DNA of 20,000 nt from the IMG/VR virus record IMGVR_UViG_3300009499_000096; one strand, 5' to 3'. Below are positions 7,063-15,993 of the stretch, in pieces. Made by a program: the position numbers and the translations under genes. How positions within the stretch are numbered: position 1 is the stretch's first letter; each line of letters begins with the position of its first letter. The notes below the pieces were generated by a model, which was not told where the DNA came from, did no database searches, and worked only from the letters and a program-made list of their open reading frames with translations. This DNA is from an uncultured virus (IMG/VR IMGVR_UViG_3300009499_000096). Its lineage: Duplodnaviria; Heunggongvirae; Uroviricota; Caudoviricetes.

Positions 7063-7728
7063 ATGCCAAAGAGACATTCAGGTTTTCTTTCAGTAGGTGT
7101 AGAGATAGATAAGAGTATCAAAAATCTTAGAAAGACTCTCAGGAAAGAAGGCATCCCTATTGTAGCCATTAAAAGAGCATCGCCACATCCACTTTTTGAC
7201 TTGGATTTACCAAAGGGTTCTCATAGATACCTTGTCTCTGTTCCAGCAGCATATCTATATGGTCAAAGAGCTGAGTCTCTATCTGGTCTGAGGAAAAAAA
7301 AAGGGGAAATAATCATGCCTAAGAAAAGAAAGAAGAAAGTAGAGGAAGAGGAAAAACAATCAAGAGTTAGCCGATTACTAGGCTTGCCTCTGAAAGCCAT
7401 GATGAAGCTTGGAGACTGGGAGAGAAAACAGATTGACAAAATCAAAGCTAACAGGATACAAGATGATGCTTTGAAAGCTGAGTTGAAGGTGATTGAGGAT
7501 GCAGCTTACAAGGAAGAATCCAAGAAACTGGCAAAGCAGAGGGGAAAGAAGAAAGCCCATCAAAAGGGGAAGGGAACTGGGTTCTTTGGCGGTGTTAATC
7601 TGAAGATGCCAAACCTCATGGAAGGTATTGATGATCCTTTCAAAACTGATGGAGTGGACAATATGCTGGACACCACAGATAGAAATGCTGACGAATGGCA
7701 AGGTAAAAGGAGACGTGAGAAGAATTGA
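7063..7728 (+). CDS. Basic protein 24/25 (221 aa), probably two genes (7063-7312 and 7315-7728) fused by one extra A in an A9 run
   Basis: Internal AAGGGGAAA-TAA-TC-ATG (7301-7317) nearly duplicates the junction at 6812-6828. Confidence 0.7.
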   Translation: MPKRHSGFLSVGVEIDKSIKNLRKTLRKEGIPIVAIKRASPHPLFDLDLPKGSHRYLVSVPAAYLYGQRAESLSGLRKKKGEIIMPKKRKKKVEEEEKQSRVSRLLGLPLKAMMKLGDWERKQIDKIKANRIQDDALKAELKVIEDAAYKEESKKLAKQRGKKKAHQKGKGTGFFGGVNLKMPNLMEGIDDPFKTDGVDNMLDTTDRNADEWQGKRRREKN

Positions 7729-8021
7729 CACCAAAGAAGCCGACAACAAAACGTAAACCCTACAGGACAACTAGACGAATCAAAACTAAGAAGAAAACCA
7801 CTACTGAAGATGGTAAGAGGGAGTATCAGAGGAAATTGATGAGGGAAAGACGCAAGGAGCAGAAAGCCCTAATCAACTTTAGACCACCATCTCAAACAGT
7901 GTTCGGTCACTCTTTTGCCACTGAAGTTACAGGATTTCACCATCCTAGAGACAGCATCATCGCTGATATGATGGGCTTACAGGGCTTCAATGAGAAGAAG
8001 AAGAGGGTTAGCAAGAAATGA
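7725..8021 (+). CDS. Basic protein 26 (98 aa)
   Basis: TTGA overlap start; K/R/T-rich N-terminus; REYQRKLMRERR helix. Confidence 0.75.
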   Translation: MTPKKPTTKRKPYRTTRRIKTKKKTTTEDGKREYQRKLMRERRKEQKALINFRPPSQTVFGHSFATEVTGFHHPRDSIIADMMGLQGFNEKKKRVSKK

Positions 8022-8167
8022 GCAAGGAAATGAACCTAGGTAACAAGAGGGAACAAGCTTCCATCCACAAGATAGACCTATCTCATGATCTTTTGGCTCA
8101 GATTAGATGGACTGTGAGAGCCCAGAAGGAAGCTTTGAAGAGCAAGGAAGTGTTGAAGGAAAAATGA
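8018..8167 (+). CDS. Small protein 27 (49 aa, MSKEMNLGNKREQASIHKIDL...), absent from ORF track
   Basis: ATGA overlaps at both ends (8018-8021 and 8164-8167). Confidence 0.65.
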   Translation: MSKEMNLGNKREQASIHKIDLSHDLLAQIRWTVRAQKEALKSKEVLKEK

Positions 8168-9117
8168 GCAAACTTCACGTAAAGAAACTGAGAATTAGAA
8201 TCAAGAAGTTCGATGCAAGTAAGAAAGTTAAAGCTATGTCACGACAGCAAAGAGCTGTAGCTAGGAAAAAAATGATCACTGAATCCATGGCTTTTCAGAT
8301 GTGGTGGAACGCACGATCAACCCTTAGACCAATCCCATCCGATCCCTACAGAGCCTTCATGATAGACATAGCTCTGTATGCTAAACCTCATCACCAAGAA
8401 GTGTGGAAGCATAGAACAAACCGATTGGATTATCCACCTGTTGATTTCCCGAAAGGATTTCCCCGAAAAAGAAGGAGACTTCCACCAAGGAAAGATATTA
8501 AGAGATTCAAGAAGATCCCGAAAGCAGCCCAGAAAAGAAAACTCACTCCAGCAGAAAAATCTGTTGTGCAAGAAGTGGAGCAGTTCAACCTCAAATACCA
8601 TCTTCCTGAAACAAGAGTAGTGTTCCAAGAAAAAGTGAGTGGTGGAGCCCAATATGTTCATAGTGTTTTTGGTGGTATTCCAGCTATGATTCTTTTGCCA
8701 TCTCCTCTGATAGCTGGTATGGAAAAAGGCAAAGGATGGAAACAGCAAGCTGAAGGAACAATATTCCATGAACTAGGACACCATGCTCACGTAGCCTATG
8801 GATACAGTATTCCAACAACAAGTCCTTTGAGTAAAGCCATTCCGAAAGCATACTACTCTGTCAGCCGAAAGGAGAAAGAGAAAATAGCTTGGGGAGTTGC
8901 AAGGAGACACATTGAACGTGAGAAAGAAACTGGCTGGACACCTGTAATGGGCTGGTCAAAGAAAACTTTTCTAGGAACTTATCTTGGAACCACACCATTT
9001 ATGCAAGTTGTTCCTGAAGATTACCAAGTTCCTAAAATGCCTCAGATTCCTAAGAGATACAGGGTTCCTAGTCAGAAGAAGAAAACTGGAAAGAAAGGTT
9101 CCTTGTTATGGACATAG
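8164..9117 (+). CDS. Putative zincin metallopeptidase with long basic N-terminal extension (317 aa)
   Basis: TIFHELGHH (HExxH, 8767-8781) and downstream EKEKIAW (ExxA third ligand, gluzincin/ImmA-IrrE-like). Start reassigned to the ATGA overlap at 8164. Confidence 0.75.
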   Translation: MSKLHVKKLRIRIKKFDASKKVKAMSRQQRAVARKKMITESMAFQMWWNARSTLRPIPSDPYRAFMIDIALYAKPHHQEVWKHRTNRLDYPPVDFPKGFPRKRRRLPPRKDIKRFKKIPKAAQKRKLTPAEKSVVQEVEQFNLKYHLPETRVVFQEKVSGGAQYVHSVFGGIPAMILLPSPLIAGMEKGKGWKQQAEGTIFHELGHHAHVAYGYSIPTTSPLSKAIPKAYYSVSRKEKEKIAWGVARRHIEREKETGWTPVMGWSKKTFLGTYLGTTPFMQVVPEDYQVPKMPQIPKRYRVPSQKKKTGKKGSLLWT

Positions 9118-9152
9118 GCTTAAGGGAGCATCAGTATTAGATTAAATATGAG

Positions 9153-11711
9153 TTGAATCCAATGCCAATGAAAGTAATTGCAGCAAAGAAAGAGATTACT
9201 ACATCTGGCTTGACTCCCGAACAACAGGAAGCTTTCAATCCAGTAGCTGAAGAGTTCTGGACTCAAGTTGATGTGGAAGCTGCAAAGTCTCAAGAAGAGT
9301 TTGAAGCTCAGTTAGCTGGAGCTAAGAAAGAGGCATTGGCAACTTGGCAAGCAGAACTTCAAGGACAAGTTAGTAAGTCAGAGTTTGAAGCTGAAATCGC
9401 CAAGATGGAGCAAGAGCAGAGAGCTAAGTTTACAGGTGAAGTAGGAACCAAGGAATCTGAAGCTAGAGCAAAGTTTGAAGCTGAACTGGCTGAGAAACGA
9501 TCAGAGTTTCTGAGTGGACTTGAAACAGCTAAGAGAGCTGGTAAAAGACAGTGGCTTGCAACTTATAGACGACATTGGACACCAAGAGAAATGCGTTCTT
9601 GGGTAGTGGAGCAGAAAACTGGTTTTGAATCTGCTGTAGCTGGAGAACGTGAAGCCTTTGAATCACATCTAGGTGAATGGAAAGGTCTTGAATCACAAGC
9701 CTTTGAAAAGGGCTTAACTTCATGGAAGGAAGAACAGCTTGGAACATGGACTACACAAGCAGAACTATTGGCTGAAGGGCAAGAGCAGAGAATGAAGCTG
9801 GAAATGGCTTCATGGGAGTTTGCTGAAAGAGAGAAATGGACTAGCAAAATGCTTTCTTATCGTGAACAGCAAGCTAAGGTTCTTGAAGGATACAAGCTAG
9901 GTGAGTTCAAGGAAACAGCAAAGCCTCAGCCGACTAGCCTCAGCCAGCAAATCCTAGCATGGACACCACCTGACCTACCAGAGTGGAAAATAGAATTTCC
10001 CTTCTCAATCCCAGTGAAAGGTGGAGCTGTCCAGATAGGGTTTGATGTTGGAAAGTTCTTTGAAGGCTTGGCTAAAGGTGGAGCTGAAGCTGGAGCTGGA
10101 GTGATTGCTAGTGGAGAATCATTAGTGTATGGTGTAGGTGGATTGCTTGGTTTGCAAACACCAGCTCCACCACCTACTCTAACTGCTTCCCTACTACGAT
10201 CAGGTGTGAAAGGGTTAGGTGAAGCAACTGGACAGTGGAAAACAAGTTGGGAGTATGATGTTGGAGACATATTCATGGAACAGGGAGCTCCTTATGCTCT
10301 TGGAACATTGCTTGGAGACGTGTTGATGTTCTGGGCTGGAACCAAAGTGGAGAAAGCTGTAACAACAAGAGTAATCCCCAAGGTGAAGCAAGTTGTGTCA
10401 CCTGTAACTCAGAAAGTCAGCCAAGCTTGGAGACTGTCAAAAACTGGTATAGCCTTGGAGAAGTCAAAGATCGCATTAAGAACAGCTATGCCACATTGGA
10501 AAGGAAGCAGACTGGAAAGCTGGATTATTCAAAGGGGAATTAAACCATCCACTGAAACATTGGCTATTCACCAGCAACTAGGTAAATATTCAGCAAGGAC
10601 ATCTATTGGAGTTCCCAAATACACTGGTTACGCTGCTAAAGCAACCAGACAGATGGCTCCATCAGTCATAGATATTCCTGAACTGGCTAGAGCTCATGCA
10701 CTTGCTCAGAGAGGAGTTGTTACAGGAGCACAACTTCAAGCAGAAGCTGGAGCATGGGAAATGACCTTGTTCCCAAGAGCCACTGGTCAATTAATAACTA
10801 AAGGTGTAGCTCCAAGTGTGCTTGGAACAGCAGCCGAAATTGGACTAACAGAGTTTGCTAAGGGAGCTGTTGTTGGTGGATTGAAAATGACAGATCTCTC
10901 AAAGAGGATAACTTCTTGGAAGGTAAGAGCCTTAGCTAAACCACCAAAAGGATTCCTTGAGCCAGTGGTAGGTGGAAAACAAGCCTATACTCTTGGTGGA
11001 GCTGCTATGAGAAAACAGCTTGGTTTAGGAGCTGGAGTTCAATGGGAAATCGGCAAGCAATTAGGTGGAGCCTTCACCAAGCAGAAATGGGTAATGCCTA
11101 GTGCTGGACAATTCCACTTCCAAAAAGGCAAGCTTCCATCACTCAGCCGATTACTGAAAGAGCAGAAAGGAGTCACTTCAATACCTAGATTAATTGAGGT
11201 TCCAGCTAAAGCCATAGAATACTTACCAACTGTTGCTGGAGTAACTAAAATATCTTTACAGATTGGGCTCAAAGCTATTCCTCAAGTGCTTCCAATTATG
11301 GGAGCTGGAGCTTTATTAGGTGTCAAAACTGCTCCAAGAACTCCTGTGAGAATGAAGGAGAGAGTGATTCCATCCTTAAGCCAAGCTATAGGATTAGACA
11401 TAGGACTAGGAGTTCTCCCAGAAGTAGATCTGGGTTTGGGAGTAGCACAGGAATCAAAACTAGCTCCCCAACTGGCTCCAGTTCAGGAACTTGCTCAAGT
11501 AACAAAAGAAGTAGTTACTACTGTTCCTTGGTATGAACAACCAACAAAACAACCACCTTTGAGACCACGTAAGAAAGGAGAAGAAGAGCCTTTGAGAAAG
11601 TTCAAGCTGAGAAAATTTGTTGGTGAAGCAACAGTTTATCAGCGATACATAGCAAAACATCCGATAAGAGGAGTTAAAAGTGCAAGTAAATACATCTTTG
11701 GAAAATCCTAA
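9153..11711 (+). CDS. Large putative virion protein (852 aa): coiled coil, G/A-rich hydrophobic region, basic C-terminus
   Basis: 11/15-residue F/W-anchored repeats in the N-terminal ~250 aa; hydrophobic segments (LVYGVGGLLG; YALGTLLGDVLMFWAG). Confidence 0.75.
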   Translation: MNPMPMKVIAAKKEITTSGLTPEQQEAFNPVAEEFWTQVDVEAAKSQEEFEAQLAGAKKEALATWQAELQGQVSKSEFEAEIAKMEQEQRAKFTGEVGTKESEARAKFEAELAEKRSEFLSGLETAKRAGKRQWLATYRRHWTPREMRSWVVEQKTGFESAVAGEREAFESHLGEWKGLESQAFEKGLTSWKEEQLGTWTTQAELLAEGQEQRMKLEMASWEFAEREKWTSKMLSYREQQAKVLEGYKLGEFKETAKPQPTSLSQQILAWTPPDLPEWKIEFPFSIPVKGGAVQIGFDVGKFFEGLAKGGAEAGAGVIASGESLVYGVGGLLGLQTPAPPPTLTASLLRSGVKGLGEATGQWKTSWEYDVGDIFMEQGAPYALGTLLGDVLMFWAGTKVEKAVTTRVIPKVKQVVSPVTQKVSQAWRLSKTGIALEKSKIALRTAMPHWKGSRLESWIIQRGIKPSTETLAIHQQLGKYSARTSIGVPKYTGYAAKATRQMAPSVIDIPELARAHALAQRGVVTGAQLQAEAGAWEMTLFPRATGQLITKGVAPSVLGTAAEIGLTEFAKGAVVGGLKMTDLSKRITSWKVRALAKPPKGFLEPVVGGKQAYTLGGAAMRKQLGLGAGVQWEIGKQLGGAFTKQKWVMPSAGQFHFQKGKLPSLSRLLKEQKGVTSIPRLIEVPAKAIEYLPTVAGVTKISLQIGLKAIPQVLPIMGAGALLGVKTAPRTPVRMKERVIPSLSQAIGLDIGLGVLPEVDLGLGVAQESKLAPQLAPVQELAQVTKEVVTTVPWYEQPTKQPPLRPRKKGEEEPLRKFKLRKFVGEATVYQRYIAKHPIRGVKSASKYIFGKS

Positions 11712-11982
11712 ATCTCTATTCCCTACACGAATAGCTTTCGTATGGTCAATGGTGTTTCTAGGAATGATTATCTATGCCTTAGTCTGGTTCATGCTGGGTT
11801 CAGTAACTATGACAATTATAGAGGCTATGGAATCAGCCTTTACTTTTAGTGGAAACTGGGATTACGTGGTGGATCTAATCAAAAACATCATCTTGTGGCA
11901 TCCGATAATTTCAATATTCGGCTGGATACTCTGGGGATTCCTAAACAGTATGAGAAGGGATGTGAGATATGATATTGGCTAA
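11680..11982 (+). CDS. Small two-TM membrane/virion protein (100 aa)
   Basis: GAGGAG SD before GTG; two hydrophobic helices; basic C-terminus (MRRD). Confidence 0.75.
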   Translation: MQVNTSLENPKSLFPTRIAFVWSMVFLGMIIYALVWFMLGSVTMTIIEAMESAFTFSGNWDYVVDLIKNIILWHPIISIFGWILWGFLNSMRRDVRYDIG

Positions 11983-13717
11983 AAGACTTTGTATTGTCGT
12001 CTTTATAGCGTGTCTCATATCTGTGATTCTGTTCGGGAGTAAAATGGAGCCAGCACAAGCCTACTCAGTATCAACCTATCTGCTGGGAGACACCTATGAT
12101 GGTTACATCAAACAGGAAAACGCTGTGTATGGAACAGCTAGAAACGCATCAACTGGCTCTACTCCTCAAACCATAGTGAACAGATTCTATGTTGGGCAAG
12201 GAGATGATGGAGATGGAACCTTTGACGTTTGGAGAGCCTTTCTATTCTTTGACACATCAAGCATACCAGATGATGCAACAATCAACAATGCAACATTAAG
12301 CCTCTACCTTTATGGAGATCAATCTGATACTGACTTCAACCTTACTATTCAAACTGGAACCTCAATCAGACCTCATCATCCACTGGAGCAAGGAGACTAC
12401 GATTATCTATACTACTCTGGTGATGGTGGACAAACAAACAGTTCAACCCTATCTGCTGGCTTCAACAATATCACCTTCACATCAACTGGATTAACATGGA
12501 TTGATGTTGATGGAAGAACCGACTTAGTTCTCAGAGGAAGTAATGACATCAACAACATAGAACCAACAGCTCCTAATGATGAATACGTGCTTTTCTATGC
12601 TAGAGAAGGTGGTTCCAGTTATGCTCCAAGGCTTTACATTGACTATATTGTTGGTGGTGGAACATATGATTTTCATGGAGCTTTTGATGAAGATGGTATC
12701 AGAGATGGAGCCATCAATTGCACAGTATTCAGACAAAGTGAATCATCAGTAACCTTTGAACTGGATGGAGACTACCAGCTTACAACAGCAGATATTCCAA
12801 TAGCAGCCTACTTTGATATTGGAAACAATGAAAGCAGAGTTTATTACTTCTACCAGAGCTATGAAGAAGTTTATGTTATCAACCCAACAGATCCATACGA
12901 CACCTATCTCTTCACTGTAGTTGATATGGTAGGAACTGAATGGGCATACCTAGAAACTTTACTGGTTATCAACGGAACAGATACGATTGTGGAAAGATGG
13001 GATATTAAAGCAGTTCAAGAAATGCCCTTCACCTTATCTTGGGGAGTCACCTACAAGCTGAGGATTGTCTGTAATCTGGGAACTTACTACTATTCTAGTT
13101 TCGTAGCTGGAGCAAGCTATGGAACCTTACTTAGTATAACATCAGATATGTTTCCAGTAACTTTCGTGACTACTGAACCTCTTACTGTTACAGGTCAAAG
13201 AATGAATGGAACATGGCTTAGAGCATACTACTATGATTCAGAACAGGAAACTAACTGGATATATGTAGCCTTCTATGCTTATGGAGATTCAACACCAACA
13301 CTCTACACAAACCAGAGCACTTACACAATCACATATAATTGGTATGCAGCCGATAACGCAACTGACTTCTGGATCCTCATAACATCTAATCATAATAATC
13401 TGGGAACAATATCATGGACTTTTTCAGCTCCAGCTCCCTATGATTCCACAAACCCATGGTCAGGAATGGACATTGTTTTAGGTTCAGGGTTCCCTATCTC
13501 AGCCAGCCAGTTTCTTGGAGTTGGATTAGTGTTGTTGGTTTTCAGCGTATTCAGCCAAGCTAATGTAGGGATTGGAGTAATTGTTGGAATAATCTTGGCT
13601 GCTGTTCTCACTCTCATAGGATTTCTAAGTATAGGATGGGCTTGGCTGGCAACTTCAATGGCTGTAGGTGTGATCGTAGCATTAAGCATCCATAAGGATC
13701 GGGAGAGGAATATATAA
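11969..13717 (+). CDS. Secreted membrane-anchored glycoprotein with DNRLRE/disaggregatase-like N-terminal domain (582 aa)
   Basis: Signal peptide (AQA|Y); DGYI...RAFLFFDTSSIP...INNATLSLY...FYAREG...PRLYIDY; many NxS/T sequons; about three C-terminal TM helices. Confidence 0.8.
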   Translation: MILAKRLCIVVFIACLISVILFGSKMEPAQAYSVSTYLLGDTYDGYIKQENAVYGTARNASTGSTPQTIVNRFYVGQGDDGDGTFDVWRAFLFFDTSSIPDDATINNATLSLYLYGDQSDTDFNLTIQTGTSIRPHHPLEQGDYDYLYYSGDGGQTNSSTLSAGFNNITFTSTGLTWIDVDGRTDLVLRGSNDINNIEPTAPNDEYVLFYAREGGSSYAPRLYIDYIVGGGTYDFHGAFDEDGIRDGAINCTVFRQSESSVTFELDGDYQLTTADIPIAAYFDIGNNESRVYYFYQSYEEVYVINPTDPYDTYLFTVVDMVGTEWAYLETLLVINGTDTIVERWDIKAVQEMPFTLSWGVTYKLRIVCNLGTYYYSSFVAGASYGTLLSITSDMFPVTFVTTEPLTVTGQRMNGTWLRAYYYDSEQETNWIYVAFYAYGDSTPTLYTNQSTYTITYNWYAADNATDFWILITSNHNNLGTISWTFSAPAPYDSTNPWSGMDIVLGSGFPISASQFLGVGLVLLVFSVFSQANVGIGVIVGIILAAVLTLIGFLSIGWAWLATSMAVGVIVALSIHKDRERNI

Positions 13718-14154
13718 TGAGAATGACACCATTCACCATGGTTATGTTCTTCATCGCATTAAATGTAAGCCTATACATCATTAACGAAACTGGTGTTATC
13801 ACTCCATCTGGAACTGAAGCTCATCAGCCAATAGTTAGCCCAACAGAAGTATCTGGAACCCTTGTTGATATAAGTGGAACCAGCTTGCTAATGGCTGGAG
13901 TTCCACTTGTTATAGGAACCATAATCGGCTGGATAACTAGAAACATCTGGGCTGGTGGAACCCTTGCCATCATCTTGTTTGCATTAGACTTGCTTTTCCC
14001 AGTAGTCAGATGGGTATTGTTCGGTATCCCTGAGTTTCTCACTCAGATAGGAGTCCATTATTCTATAGTTCTAGGAATCACAGCTTTAATGAGTGTCGTC
14101 TGGTTCTGGTTCATCCTTGGCTTCATAGGGCAAAGACAACTGGAGACAACCTAA
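13717..14154 (+). CDS. Multi-pass membrane protein (145 aa)
   Basis: About four hydrophobic segments; TAATG overlap. Confidence 0.8.
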   Translation: MRMTPFTMVMFFIALNVSLYIINETGVITPSGTEAHQPIVSPTEVSGTLVDISGTSLLMAGVPLVIGTIIGWITRNIWAGGTLAIILFALDLLFPVVRWVLFGIPEFLTQIGVHYSIVLGITALMSVVWFWFILGFIGQRQLETT

Positions 14155-15987
14155 ATGTCCAAGCATAAGATAATGTTACTCTTTCTCATCTCTTCTTTAA
14201 TTATCAGTCTAACCACTGTGTTCATCCGACCTGTCTTTGCTGTCTATGATGGCTATGATGGCTTTGAATCTATGGACTTCAGCCTTTGGGAAACTGAAAA
14301 TGGGAGTCCAGAGATCGCTATATTTGAAGAAGTATTTGAGGGAGACTACAGCTTCAACAGAACCACAGCAGATCCAGAGACAGTTATGAATGTGCTTAAT
14401 GACACAGCTATTTCCGAAAGTTCGCCAGCAAGTCTCTGGATGGGAGCATGGGTTTATGTGGATGAATATTCCCCAGATCAAAGTGGAACTAATGGTCATG
14501 TGGCAATGCTTACGATAGAAACTGGTGGAGCACACAATGTAGAAATGGGCATCACAAAGGATGGAAGTGGCAACTTGATAATTTGGAGTGGAAACAGAGA
14601 AGGAACCAACTGGGGTTATGGAAGCATCCTTCAAACTGACGCTTGGTATTACTGGAGACTCCATGCTTACTATACTGGTAGTGGTTATCCCTACACTTGG
14701 AGTTGGGAGACCTACCTTAATGATACCCAGCAAGATGCTAATAGTGTAGGAGATGGCTACAGTGACACCATTGATAGAGTGTATGTTGGAAACCAGTATG
14801 GAGCTTGGGGAGCATCTGTTACTGGAAGGCTCTCTGTATTCATAGATAACGTGAATGTTTCTACTTCAGAGATCTCCTACTCTCCAACTTCAATATTCAT
14901 TCAAGCCTCTTCAGCTATTGAAATAGGAGCAAGTTTCTGGCTGAACGGAACTGAATACACAACTCCTCAAGTAGATCTTACTCTTACTGGAGCCACTGGT
15001 CTTTACCAGCTTATTATAGAAACCAGCAAAACCTTTGGTGGAAGCAACTATGAGTTCTCCTATGCCACAATCAACTCTACTGATTACTGGTCAAGTAACT
15101 TCTGGCTAACTATCACAGGGAACACCACTTTTCTATTCACGTATGCTGGAGACATCGGGGAGAATCCTTGGGTTCCACCTATCTACTCAAGTGATGGACT
15201 TAATGCTACATGGTATCTTAGAAGTGACACTCACACAGTTCACTCTCAGCTAGGTTATATCTTGAGTCCTGTTCAAACCAGCTCTGAATTATCTGATATG
15301 AGAACTCATGCAACCACAAGCATGACCACAAGTTATGGTGTGAGAATCTGGGTATTTGACGCTGATGGGGATTCAAGTGAATTAACCAGTGGCATACCTG
15401 TTGCAGTAGTCACAAGGTCTAGTGATGGAGATGGCATCCAGTCAGCTACGTGGACTTGCCCAGATTATCTTAATGTTGTAGATGCTGTAATGGTCAGGAT
15501 CTATCAGAGATGGGGAACTGACGCTTGGACAGCTAGATTAATCTACATAACGAAAAGTGGTCTCCTAGTGAAGTTTCCAACAGCATCATGGACATTCAAC
15601 TATTACACGAACAGAACCAGTGGAAGCACTAATTCAACCATGTGGTATGGCTCCTATGTTTACAACAGCAGATTGCAACTCTATTACACTAATTTGAATC
15701 CTTTTGAAACAATGCACTATCATCTTATCCGAACCGATTTTCTAGCTTTCCTTGTGACACCATGGACATATTTCCTTGGAGATATATTCTATGGGTTAAT
15801 CCTGTTGTTCATGTCAGTAACCACCTATCTGAGATACCACAGCCTCAGAGCAATCCTAGCATTAGTGTGGTTGTTTGGTGGAGTAGGTGGAATCTTGACA
15901 GCTATGATCCCAGCAGTAGCCTTCAACATAGCATGGTTATTCTTGGCTATAGCTTTGGCTATAACCTTGGTGAAGCTTGTCAGATAG
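14155..15987 (+). CDS. Secreted membrane-anchored glycoprotein with concanavalin A/LamG-like domain (610 aa)
   Basis: Signal peptide; YDGFES...WYYWRLH...TYLND...VFIDNVNVS; PEGA/InlB-B-like middle module; sequons; about three C-terminal TM helices. Confidence 0.8.
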   Translation: MSKHKIMLLFLISSLIISLTTVFIRPVFAVYDGYDGFESMDFSLWETENGSPEIAIFEEVFEGDYSFNRTTADPETVMNVLNDTAISESSPASLWMGAWVYVDEYSPDQSGTNGHVAMLTIETGGAHNVEMGITKDGSGNLIIWSGNREGTNWGYGSILQTDAWYYWRLHAYYTGSGYPYTWSWETYLNDTQQDANSVGDGYSDTIDRVYVGNQYGAWGASVTGRLSVFIDNVNVSTSEISYSPTSIFIQASSAIEIGASFWLNGTEYTTPQVDLTLTGATGLYQLIIETSKTFGGSNYEFSYATINSTDYWSSNFWLTITGNTTFLFTYAGDIGENPWVPPIYSSDGLNATWYLRSDTHTVHSQLGYILSPVQTSSELSDMRTHATTSMTTSYGVRIWVFDADGDSSELTSGIPVAVVTRSSDGDGIQSATWTCPDYLNVVDAVMVRIYQRWGTDAWTARLIYITKSGLLVKFPTASWTFNYYTNRTSGSTNSTMWYGSYVYNSRLQLYYTNLNPFETMHYHLIRTDFLAFLVTPWTYFLGDIFYGLILLFMSVTTYLRYHSLRAILALVWLFGGVGGILTAMIPAVAFNIAWLFLAIALAITLVKLVR

Positions 15988-15993
15988 GATGTT

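Noticed and set aside
1743..7320. CRISPR array or classical integron cassette array
   Set aside because: The repeats are short, degenerate and coding, and are spaced by whole genes. No attC-like palindromes, cas genes or integron integrase are visible.
8107..8163. ORF-track start of the protease at 8107
   Set aside because: This region is occupied by ORF 8018-8167; the ATGA-coupled start at 8164 fits better.
1563..8167. Ribosomal protein operon
   Set aside because: The ORFs are small and basic, but none is recognisable as a canonical ribosomal protein and the order matches no known operon.
1563..8167. Typical anti-CRISPR cluster
   Set aside because: No per-gene early promoters or recognisable Acr/Aca genes are seen, and the array is continuous with structural genes. 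Individual anti-defence roles are not excluded.
9153..11711. Tailed-phage tape measure protein / Caudoviricetes tail module
   Set aside because: No tail tube, baseplate, portal or terminase genes are seen; the neighbours are membrane-anchored glycoproteins.
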